Below, piece by piece: positions 52,863 to 64,000 of a stretch of 64,000 bases of DNA. The stretch spans positions 8,116,117 to 8,180,116 of the forward strand of contig MU055594.1 in the NCBI GenBank assembly GCA_013239625.1. Direction: 5' to 3'. The stretch's first letter is position 1; every line of letters begins with the position of its first letter. The notes under the pieces were generated by a model that did not search any database, had not been told where the DNA came from, and was given only the letters and a program-made list of their open reading frames with translations. The translations under genes were made by a program, and so were the position numbers. The stretch is from Lama guanicoe (Eukaryota).

Positions 52863-54039
52863 TCAGAGCAACTCAAAAGTTATCTTTCTTAAAAATGGAG
52901 GCTTTCAATAAAACCATTAATTACTTGTTAGTCTTCCTGTCAGTTATTGAGTAGTTTCTAAACGGTTGGGTCTATGACTTAATGTACTAAGCATTCTAAC
53001 TAAACATACAATAAATAAGAATGTGTATTATCCATCTGAGCTCTAAATAATGTATAGAAAATGAGTATGGGTTGGCTCACTCATATTTCCTCATAAAGAC
53101 AATTGACAATAAGTCATCAGATCTGGGTTTCCTGGCTGCCAGCTGTCTTCCTTCATAGTCATTCTAACAGTCCCTCTTACCGGTCTCCCTGTCATCTCTT
53201 GAAGTGCCACAGATTTGTGGCTATAGATGTCGTTAGAGGTTTATAGATTCCGCCCCCAAATTAGTTTTAGAATCATCTATACCTACATTATTGTGGTCAG
53301 CAACTCCCCTTCTTTATGAATGATTTTCTAGCTACCCAGAAGTTCACTTCCCTTTATTCATTAATTCTACAAGTCATTAGCAGTTTCTATGTCCCATGTA
53401 TCATAAGAGGTACTGGGAATATAATTGATGAATAAGACAGTCTTTAGCCTCAAGAAACACACGAGTATGATGAACACTAAGATGCTGGTAAATGGAAGAT
53501 GCCAATGATCTATTTTTTGATATGACCAGTAGGAAGGTGGCTTACCAGGCAGCGACCACTTTTCTCCTGTTCCTTCTTTTTCGATACTGGGTTCAGCAGA
53601 TCACTTCACTATCCTCAGGCAGAGATGTACATAACCCTCCTGTATCCCCTTTCTTCCTTAAACTGGTCAGCAGTCCCCTGAGGGGAGGAACTTAACAGTG
53701 TCACCAGTGTTGAGATTATGTGTACCTATTAGTATGTTGGTTCACACACATTTTCTTTATACCTTTTAAATGGCAAATGGAGTGTATTCTCTGAAAAGCT
53801 AGGCTCATTTTAGTTTTTGATTCTCATTTAATTTATTTTATAATACTTCCTCTGAGGTAGTTATCTCCATTTCATTTTCACCTCTCCTATACAGTTACCT
53901 TACTGAGTTATATGCTGTCTTATCAATGTTGGCCTATATTTTAGGAAGAAAAAAAACTGTCATTGTTTATTGTGGAGAAGTTTCTCTTCATCCCAGTATC
54001 TGGAACTGTCATTGTACTGAGCTTGATTCCACACTTCGG

Positions 54040-54810
54040 AGCTGACAGTTTCTCTCCTGACATGAAGCATACGATTTATCTGGGGGCAAAGAGACAGTCA
54101 ACAAACAGCCAAGGAAATGAATAAGATCATCTCACTGAGAAATGTTATGAGGAAAATAAAACTTGGTTACATGACTGCATATGTGTGTGTATATATGCCT
54201 TGTGCACCTGGACACATCTATATGCATTTCTAGTAAAGGTTTTAAGGGGGTGGTATTTGAAGTGAGTTCTGATAAAAAGTTGTTAGTCATGCTAAGGTTC
54301 AAAGACTGAGTGTTCTGGGCGAGAACAACAGCAAGTGCCAAGGTTCTGAGGCAGAAAAGAGCGTAACACATACTGAAGGAGGGAAAGAATTTGCTGGAGC
54401 ATTGGTGGGCTGGGGGAGAGTCACAGGAGAAGAGATCAAAGAGGTAGTCAAGGTCCAGATTACAAAGGTCATGGGAAAGGGCTTGGGATTCGTTCTAAGT
54501 ACAATAGGAAGCCGTGGATAGTTGTATACCAAGGGGCAACAAGATCTGATTTGTGTTTTATGAATGACCTTACTGGCTTCTGTGAGGAGAACAAGCTATA
54601 GGAGGCCGGTAAAGGAGGTCTTTTGAATAATCTACATGGGGAAGAGGTAGGGTGCTGGACAAGGGTGGCAGCTTTGGAAATGGAGAGGAGTGGGCATGTG
54701 TTGAGGATGTATTTTGGCAATAAGATCTAGGGGATTTACTAATGGAAAAATCAGGAAAGTGAGGGAAAAAGAAAACTCAAGGAGTCTCTCATTGGTTTGG
54801 CTGAATAGGC
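54040..54810 (-). mobile_element. L2 LINE 3' part
   Basis: gaacaacagcaagtgccaaggttctgaggcag...gatcaaagaggtag...ggatgtattttg. Confidence 0.85.
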
Positions 54811-56794
54811 TAAGTAGCAAGCCAAATGGCTGTGCCTCTACAGAGAAGCAGGTTTTGCTTTACCTTAAAGCTGTTGTGATCTTCGTGTCTGAAAGCTAAG
54901 AAAGTTGGTGAGTTGCTTTTAGCAATTTCTTCTAGCAGAGTTTCATTACTGAAATTTATATGTTAATCTTACTATTATCTCCTGATTACTTTTCTGTTTA
55001 TATTCTCTATACCTTATCTTTCTCACTTTTAAATTTTCTCATTATATTATTCACATCTCTGTAAGCTGTCTTAAATCAAGGCAGAGTATAAATAAATGAT
55101 AAGTAAACATAAATAAATCATAATCAGATAGCAACCTGAGTTGTCAGTTGTCCACTGTCCACATATGTAACCTGTAAAATCATCATCATTCATTAGTTTA
55201 CTTAACACACACACACATATACCGTAACTTGTTGATGGTATATAAAAGTATCAAATTTGGTCAATTGTTAAGTTGTTGTTCACCAGTCATTCTGTTTCTA
55301 CATCTGTGTTGTCTATCTGAATTTATTTGTTGTTGCTCTGTCATTCATCAACCAATTTTGAATAGTTAAGAAATAAGACATTAATAGTGTGATGACTGGT
55401 TGCTCTGGTTTGTTCATAAAGACCAAAACTACAATATTAGATTCTAAATCTGTAGAAGTCAAAAGCAAGTGTTGGCTCACTTTTCTTCATTGTTTCTATT
55501 CTATGCTATGTAAAGATGAAATGATAATGTTGGTTTTAATGATGATGGTGAGTAGATCAAAAGACATCTAGGGAACTGTAGACTGACTACTAAACATGGT
55601 TCAGTGAACATAATTGCTTGACGTAACATTTTTGATTGATACTGAAATGACAAGAATGAACTTGGTGAATGCCTCAGTGTTTTCTTAGTTTTGTTAAAGG
55701 ATCAGTACCTTTTGGGATGTGAACTTTCTTACATATCTCTATCACATCTCTTCACTAGCATAATTGCTGATAAATTATTCATCATTCTCTCATATTTGAA
55801 AGTAGAGTGATGATCTCTATTTAGTATTCCTGTCAACAACTGTTTTTGTCTCTTATTTAGTAATAAAAGCATTTCTTTCTATGTCACTTTCTTGTCTAGT
55901 ACATAGTAACTAACACTTCTTCATGATGCTTCTGCAGAGATGGCATGGAGGCAGCCACAGATAGAATTATTTCTGTTTTAGACTAAAAACCATTTTCTTA
56001 GGGGTCACACAATAATACTAGCATTTTCTAAGGATTGAAACATGACTTTTTTTTTAACTGTTTTGTTTGTTCTCTTTTTTTAAAGCTAACTTTTAACCAG
56101 TAGTATTTAGAGAGGAACGAGTTTCTACCTAAAGAAAAATCTCAAATTCAGCTAAGATGAAGAATGTAAAATTCTGGAAGACTGAAGTGGCAGATGTCAT
56201 ATTTGCATTGCCTTTAATGTTTATGTATTTCCTACAGGCATTTTTGGGTACTGCATAAACTGTTCAGATGTAAATAGTGGGAGGAAGAGGGACAAGAAGG
56301 GTGGAACATTGAGTAACTATGAAATTCCAGGCTTCTTGGTTGCGTTAATTATAATTCCACATTACTATATTAATACTTTATGTCAATTTCTCACAGTTTT
56401 TTGAAAATCAACTTGTTGAGTGGGTTTAATTCAAGAGAGACCTTTAAGAAACTATCTTTTGAAAATTAAAGGAGGATGTGATAGGATGCCCTTGGCACTT
56501 ACTACAGCTCCTGTTAAGAATTACCAGAATGTGTCTGGATGGGGTGAGGTGGGATAGGAGTATGCTGTATGGTTGTTTCTGAGGCAAGTATAGTCAATAC
56601 AATCAGTTACAGAAATAGGAATTTGACTTCTTTTGCCTCATTCCCTTAAATTACAATTGACCCAGGTGATTAGGTCAAAATGGAAAAAATTGGAACCACC
56701 TGTGGAAGTCACATTTGTTGTCAGTATCACAATAACCACATGACACTGGTGTGATCTCATGGGTAGGTTCAGTTAAAATAATCCCTACCATAAG

Positions 56795-56900
56795 TGACAT
56801 TTATTCTTTTATCCAAGAAATACTTACTGAACTCTGATATATGCCAGGTACTCTGCTATGCTCTGGGATATAGTGAACAAAATAAGGACCTCATTCAAAA
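56795..56900 (-). mobile_element. L2 3' end fragment
   Basis: aaatacttactgaactctgatatatgccaggtactctgctatgctctgggatatagtgaacaa. Confidence 0.7.
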
Positions 56901-57394
56901 CTTAACAGCTGTCTTTCACGCCTTCATCATTTTCCTTAGGCTTGGAAAACCAGAGCATGGGAAGATAAATTTATCATGGACTAGAGGGAATGGAAGAAAG
57001 TTGAGATTTATAAGCTTCTTTAAAATCCTGAAATTCTAATTTAGATATTAGCTGTCTGTTGTAGCAGGGCAGATAATGCTGAGGGTGTCATGGTCATCAC
57101 TGAGATCCTTGGCAGAGTTTTAAAATAGATCAACTTCTTACCTAGCCTGCCCTACCTCCCTGCTTCTTTTGCTTAGCCAGGGACCCCATGGCCCTTGCCA
57201 GCTTCTAGCTTCCAGCTTCAGTTTATTGTTTCTCCAGGAGCCTCAGGCTTAGATGTTACCAATGAGTTGACCTTTGCAGTAGATAAAATGGTTAAATATT
57301 ATATATGATGATCATGTTAAAAAATCAAAACAGGTGGCTTTACAAATATAATTGTGCATAAGGGGATTCTAGGGAAAATTTTAAGAGTCTTAAA

Positions 57395-57650
57395 TGATAG
57401 TATTACTTATTTAACACATACTTTATCTAGCTCTTATTATGTGCCACACTCCATTCTAAGTCCATTTCACTCTTTTAGCAGCTCTTTAAGGTACATAATC
57501 ATTATTATTATTGTTATTATTATTACCTCTTTTTTACAGATAAGGAAACTGAGACACAGAGGGGTTAATGGCTTGCTGAAGTTCGTACACCTAGCGGATC
57601 TGGGATTCAAACTAAGGCACTCTGTCTCCAGAATCTATGCTTCTAACATT
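57395..57650 (-). mobile_element. MIR SINE
   Basis: ttttacagataaggaaactgagacacagaggggttaa...ctgggattcaaactaaggca. Confidence 0.85.
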
Positions 57651-57709
57651 AGGTCGCCTCATCCTCTATAATCATGTGTGGCATATCCACATGTCTGTGC
57701 CCAATAGGG

Positions 57710-58030
57710 TGTATGGGTCGGAAATTCAATAGAGAGACCTGGACTGAGAACTGACTAAGATGGTGGTTGAAGCCATGGGAGTAGATAAAATACCCTTACG
57801 ATATAACCCTGGGATGTAGCAACATTTAAGTGACTAGTGAAAAAGAACAATCAGAAATGTTGACTGAGAAGGAAGTAATTCAGGAAAATGGTACCTTGAA
57901 AGCCAAAGGAAGATAGAAGTTTAACTTTGCCATGTGCCCCTGGGAAGTTAAGAAAATGCATACTGGAAAAGGCATTGTATCTAACAGTTAAGAGGTCACT
58001 GATGCCTTTTGCTACAGTTGGAGATTTCTA
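57710..58030 (-). mobile_element. L2 LINE fragment
   Basis: gatggtggttgaagccatgggagtagat...caacatttaag...gaagccaaagga...gaggtcactgatg. Confidence 0.6.
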
Positions 58031-60742
58031 GTGAAGCAGGGAGAATGAACTGCCACAAAGATATGTTTTAATAAAACGTAAGTACGTGCTTGAACTTTTT
58101 ATTTAAACGTATTACTCATTTTCAAAACAAACTCAGTGGATTTCAAAGCTTTTTTTTTTTTAATAGACTCATTCTTTTGACCACAACCCAACTTTGTTTA
58201 GTGTATTTTACCTTGTAGGTACTTAGATGTTTCTTCAATAAAATAGTATCAAAAATTTATGAGCCCTAGGAAAACAATAATTTAAGTTTCCTTAGGTGGT
58301 ACATGACCATCAGAATTAGCTACTAATCCCTAAGCAGGATTATCTTCTGGAAGATTCATCATACCAAAATACCAGCTGTGAATCATAATTCAGAGCAACT
58401 AGAATTATGCGATGACATACATTTGGAATTGAATGCACACTAAAGTGAGCGATTTAAGCATTTCCCGTCAGTGCGATATTTGAGCCAAGTAATGGCATCA
58501 ATATTAATTTATGATATTTTCTGATGTAACTAAAACTTGATTTATCATACAGTGCTTTATTGCTGTATTTAAAGTCTTATACATCTTTGTCATGTGTCAT
58601 TCTTGAAGAGTATGTCCTAAAATGTGGAAGCAATCATAGATTATTTACAAAAAGGATAGAGAGTATAAGATTAAAAAGTATTTCAGCATATATAATCCAG
58701 TATTAGGTAAATTTGGTTAAATACTCTCTTTGCTGTAATTGTTTAGTGTAATGCATTTCTTTAAGTTATAGAGAAAATTCCCATAAACTGATTATTTGCT
58801 TCAGTAAGAATGAAAACTCCAGTTGTTTGAGGTAAGTTTTCAATGTCACTATTTTTATCACTCTGTGTATCCTAAAGTTTCCCAACTTGTGAAATGTTGT
58901 CCATTTTGGTAATTCCCATAATTATGTGAGGAGTTTAGTTATTTAACGAGAATATCAAATTCTTGTCGAATAAATCATTTTAGGAAATTTGGCTTAAATT
59001 CTTTTTAATGGAAATAACCTTCTAGTGTGGTAGCCACACCCTTATATAGATGAGCATGGGCATATAGAACTGGGCTGATGTGCTGCTGGTGTGCACTGGT
59101 AGCAAACATGCACAGGGAAATCAAACATTCCTTAGGTAAAATCTGCACATGATTAAAGGAAAAGAAGAGAGATTGGAATTACTTTCTGATTCCCATATTC
59201 TTGTGAACTTTTGATTAATGCAGTAAACATTGATAGTTTTTGTTACTATTATGAATAATCATTACCATGTTAATACTCTATTATACAGGCCAATAAGTAA
59301 ATAGGAAATACAAAGAAGAGAGCTCACTGACCTGAACTTACACGAATTTCTTTGAATTGGGTTCACTATACTTGATGCTAAATATAATGTTTTACTGTGT
59401 AGGTAATACCCACTTACTAGTGAGAATTACCAACCATAGCATCTGAACATATCTTCCTTAAAGTGCCATAGGTATAATACTTATGTTAATCATAAAGGTT
59501 AATAGATGTGCTTATAATATGCTTAAAGAAGTATATTCTCTTTTTATTAAAAATAAGCTATTTTGAAAACTTTTATGATTTCTTAAGTGGGACATGCCAC
59601 TCTATTTTTTCATTTCAATTGACATTTGAATAACTGAGTCTTAATAACTAAATTCTGAAACTTAAGCTTTCACAATTGAGATTTTATGTTTTCCAAAATT
59701 AAAATGAAATACGTGTTCTGAATTAATGGTTGGAACAGGTGCAGTGACCCCATATATTAAAAACATAATAATAACAATGAAAGGGGATCAATGTTACAAA
59801 TGCAGACCACCCTATTCTGTACATTGTGGTTATCAGAGTTTGGAATAGAAATTGCATTCAAAGGGAAATGATACTTTCCGAAATATTTTAAGTCTGAGAT
59901 GAAAAAGACAATTCCCTGAATTCTGAGGCTTAGAAATGTGTTTCTATTACCTTATTTATATTAAGTCACAAGTGGAAGCCTTAATTTTGGTTAATGAGTT
60001 ATCATTCCCAAGTTTGACCTTAACTGTTACTTATGCTTTGAGAAAGTTCTCCATGTCCTGTTCCCCAAATTTCTTAATTTGTTCTCTGTTAAACAGCATG
60101 ATCTATGAGGATGATCATGATCCCCTTTGATTTTAACCTGTGCTTGATTTCAAATTAACTTCAGATAAAAACTTGGTTCCAGGAGAGTATTAGAAATGGT
60201 ACCCTCTTCCACACATACTCAGCTCAAGAAGAGGCATGCCCTTTCTTCTGTTCATTTTATTTCCATCGAGTGCTAGAAACAGTGTTGTTTTATGCCCATG
60301 TGTTCATTTTACTGAGCTAGAACCCTTGACCTTGGCATTTTTAGTTAAATGCTGGTACCTAGGCCATTGCGGCTGCTCAGTGCACACCATTCAGGATCAT
60401 AGTTGAATTTGGTGAGCTGGCTGAGCTAGGTTATTGTCTTTGAACCTACCATGTTGGTTTCCAAGAAAAAGAGGATGACTTGTACTTCCCACCTGTCCCT
60501 TCCTCCCTTTCATTGTTAGTTACTGGTATTAGGATGTCAGTTAAAATTCTCAGCAATAGCTAAAACAGGCAGTGCTGTGCATTAACTCTCCTTTTATTGC
60601 TCTTCCAAATTACTATCTACTAATCTAATGCTTATCTTTTCATTTTTGCCACCGAGGAATTCTGAATAATCACACTTAAGTTTTATACAAGTAAAAATCT
60701 TTGGATCCTCCCTTTTTTCTTTTGCCTTTAAAAGTTTGCTTT

Positions 60743-60867
60743 CTCTTGAGGGGGGGAATTAGGCTTATTTTTTTAATTTTTATTTTTAGTGGAGGTACTG
60801 GGTATTGAGCAGAGCCTCATACATGCTAATAAGCACACAGTCTACCACTGAGCTGTACCCTACCCGC
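60743..60867 (-). mobile_element. Camelid-type tRNA-derived SINE
   Basis: ggggggaattagg...tggaggtactgggtattga...tctaccactgagctgtaccc; TSD taaaagtttgcttt (60729-60742) / taaaattttgcttt (60868-60881). Confidence 0.9.
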
Positions 60868-62659
60868 TAAAATTTTGCTTTTTGATGAACATGAGCTTGT
60901 CTCTTAATTTAGGATATGGTGCTATTCCTACCACTGGTCATAAGTAAATATTTTAACTTCAAATTAGGGTTCTGCATTGCATTGTTTGCTAGTTCTAGTG
61001 TAGTTGATGTTTACCAGTATGTTAATAACCGCATGCTGACCTATGGGAGAGTTCATCTGTGATAGATTCTTTTTTTTTAGACATAAATAATAGGTAGGAG
61101 GAGCACATCACCACAGCCTTTTTAGTTGTTAATAAATTATACTACATTTTAAAATGTCATCTGGAAATAGATGTATAAACTTGAATAGCTTTGTATCACA
61201 TTTTCTATATTTTCTGCAAATGCTTAGTCTTTTGTCATTACCTCCCATTATTAGATATTTTAAATTATACATAATTAATTACCTTAAGTTGTTTTTGTAA
61301 AGTTTACTTTCTGTCTTATATTGAAAAGACCAAGATTCTATTATGTAAATCTTGATACATGAAAGAAACCAAAAAGTAAATATTTGAATAATAACTACCT
61401 TCTTTGAAGACAACTGTATTTATGTATATTGTAAATGTTGTTTCATAGTTCAGTCTGTTACCTTGCTGGGTAATAAAGACCCTCAAATTAAAATGACCCC
61501 TTTCCACAAAATACAGCTATAGGATTCATTTAGTGCAAAGCCATCTTGGTTTAATACTACTCCTCCTGAAACAGGAAATGATACTCTACTAATGCATCTG
61601 AAGTGGACTTTAAAACTATGCATGGCACACTTGTGAAATTAATGACTTCTACTTTTGGCCTTAGTTACATCTTGTGATTCTCCTGAACTGTGCTTTCTTC
61701 TGTTTCTTCTGACTTTATAATATATCTTACTGATTGCATTCCAGATATTTTGGAAACCTCCACTTCAGAAAGACTATATGTTTACAGCTGCCTTGAAAAC
61801 CTTTAGACCTCTACAAATTTGAACACATAATTCTTAAGAGTAATGTTCTATATTAGATATAGTAGTCTAAGGTCATCTTAACCTTTTAAATATCGAAGCA
61901 CCTAACAGCTTACATGACATAGTGTAATGATGACTAAATGTTAATTACGTTTGTCCTTGTAAACAGATGCATTTTCTGTCCGAGTGAGCTTACTAGCTAA
62001 GAGCAAAGGATCTGCTCAGCAGTTCTGACTGCTTATGATTGGTTCTTGACACTTAGTTCCTATGCATATTGATCCTATTGTAAAATATTATATCACTTTG
62101 AAAACATTAATAAACAGAAATGTTTCTTCTTAGTTTCAAAACTTCCACATGGTGATTTCTAATGATATTGGGGTGAAGTTTATAATCTTAATATATGTAG
62201 TAGGAAAATGAGTGCTACCGATCTTGAACATGTTAAGCCCCTTATTCACTTCTCCAGAACAATAGCAACAGTAAAGTTACCTGGTTTGTACAGTACCCTT
62301 GAAATACCCTTTTACGTTACCCTTAAAAATGGCCTTTTGCATGATAGAATTGAACAGCTTCTTGATAAGTAGTAGTATTAATAAAAGATAAGTGTAACAT
62401 CAATAAAATTCCAGGTTGCTTCTGGAAGTACTGATGGCTGTGTTAACCCTTTATTTTTCACTCCCTGGACGTTTTTTGGCTAATCATCTAACTTCCAAAT
62501 GAGCAAAGTGATATGGGGAGAAAGGAAAAGGAGAACAAAGATCCTGCCATAGAGGTTTTTGATGCTTATAATCTAAGTATTTGGAGATAAATTGAAAAGT
62601 GTCAAAATGTCAAATTTGTTATGTCTTATAAGTACATTAAAGAACACTAAGGGATTTAT

Positions 62660-62820
62660 TGAATCAGAATATTAGAACTAAAAGGAACCTTAGCAGTTCT
62701 CAAGTACAAACACTTTGTTTTACGAATGGGTAAGCCGAGAGCACCAAAAGGAAGGTGACTCCCCTGCAGCTCCCTGGCTGGCCTTGGTAGAGCTGGGACC
62801 AGGATCAAACTCAGTATTTT
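62660..62820 (-). mobile_element. MIR/MIR3 SINE
   Basis: ttagaactaaaaggaaccttag...gaaggtgact...ggtagagctgggaccagga. Confidence 0.65.
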
Positions 62821-63044
62821 CTTATTGTTTTTAAAGGGGCCTGGTTTTTGCAGGAGAAGCATTTCAAGAAAATGGAAATCTTGAGCTTAATGGAAATAAC
62901 ATTATAAATCTCTAGACCAAGAAATGTGGGTTTCTTGTGTCCGCTCTAAGGTTTTTCTAGTTCTAAAATTGCATATTTTTTATTTCGATTGATATGAAAG
63001 AGGGAATACTGTGGGCAAATAATAATGAAAAGTAGTAATAACAA

Positions 63045-63200
63045 TAAGGGTTAAAACATTATAGAACTTCCTCTGTTCTAGGCTCTTCTTTAAGCACTTT
63101 ATATTCCTTAGCTCATGTAATCCTCACCTTATGAAGTAAGCACTGTTTTCATTCCCACTTTACAGATGAGGAAACTGAGGTCCAGAGAAGTAACTTGCCC
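63045..63200 (-). mobile_element. MIR SINE
   Basis: taagcacttta...taatcctcac...cccactttacagatgaggaaactgagg. Confidence 0.85.
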
Positions 63201-64000
63201 AATATGAAATGTGGGATGTTATGAGTATGTATATGTGGAATGACCAGCCCAGTCAGTGTCAGGTGACTCCATTTAGGAGAAATACTGTATTGAGGAATAG
63301 AGATAAGGACTTCTCCAATAAGAAATTATTTTTGAGGGGGAAAAAAAAACAAGTTAGTAATTTCTAAAGAACAACTTAGTAATTTTACATAAAATGATGG
63401 TGTCCAGTATTTCTGTAGCTTCAAATCATCAGTAATTTGAAATTTCAGTCATGGGTGTGTCCATAATTGTCAAATATATTGTAGCCAGCATCTGTGTATG
63501 TCAACATGTATACAATGGAGGCAAAGATAATGTGTGTTAGACCCTTTTCGCTTACAGTCCATCATATAGATAGAAGCAGTCACTGTTTATTGCTGTATTC
63601 TTTGGTTTAAGGTCTCATTCTAACTAGGCAGCTCCATCTCTGAAAGCATTTACAGCTAACTACTAATTCATGTCGCTATATATTTTTGTATAGACTTGTG
63701 TGTATCTTCTATTTCTTACTTGCTTTAGAAAATTTTATTTAGCTTTTCCACTTCAGTTTACTGAACACCAGCTGTCTATGTGAGACGTGAATGGGGTTAA
63801 CTGATGATTCCTGTTTATTCTTGTCCTTGTCTTTCCATGTTAGGCATCTACTAATGTTACTGGCCTAAGTGGTACAAAGGATAGAGAATGCAGTAGTGGT
63901 AGTAGTCCTAGTAAAATACGCATTTTTGTGCACTTGGAGAAGCAGATACCTTGTTTATGCAGGACTTGATCTGATCCTCTTAAAGGAATATTGGGTCCCT

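Larger units (their letters stand above)
1..64000 (+). other. IMMP2L: Intronic sequence of the presumed host gene IMMP2L (no IMMP2L exon seen)
   Basis: Inferred only from the established nesting of LRRN3 antisense in a large IMMP2L intron. Consistent with no coding exons and with most L1/LTR/SINE copies lying on the minus strand. Confidence 0.65.

Noticed and set aside
51000-61800. Plus-strand acceptor-like sites (e.g. near 51015, 56237, 61744) as possible IMMP2L exons
   Set aside because: No peptidase-like reading frame with a matching donor follows them.

Overview
AT-rich, CpG-depleted mammalian genomic DNA with two N-gaps. Three copies of a tRNA-derived SINE of the camelid type suggest camel, alpaca or llama. 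I find no credible protein-coding exon; the ORF track is explained by repeats, simple repeats, N-gaps and chance. The informative element is a minus-strand first exon (about 14.1 kb down to 13622, donor AGG|GTAAGT). Its sequence closely matches my recollection of the human LRRN3 5'UTR. A MIR-derived segment about 8.1 kb downstream (5422-5493) matches my recollection of human LRRN3 alternative non-coding exon 2. The window is therefore most likely the LRRN3 promoter, 5'UTR exon 1 and part of intron 1 (minus strand), nested antisense in a large IMMP2L intron (plus strand), with the LRRN3 coding exon off the left edge. The rest is intronic DNA rich in MIR, L2, L1, LTR and MER elements. Gene identity rests on remembered sequence, not a search, and repeat boundaries were set by eye. 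I see no convincing new biological system. The best leads are a candidate conserved uORF and a start-stop element in exon 1, apparent loss or non-gain of the exon-2 donor, candidate enhancers in intron 1, and a few unusual retro-insertions.
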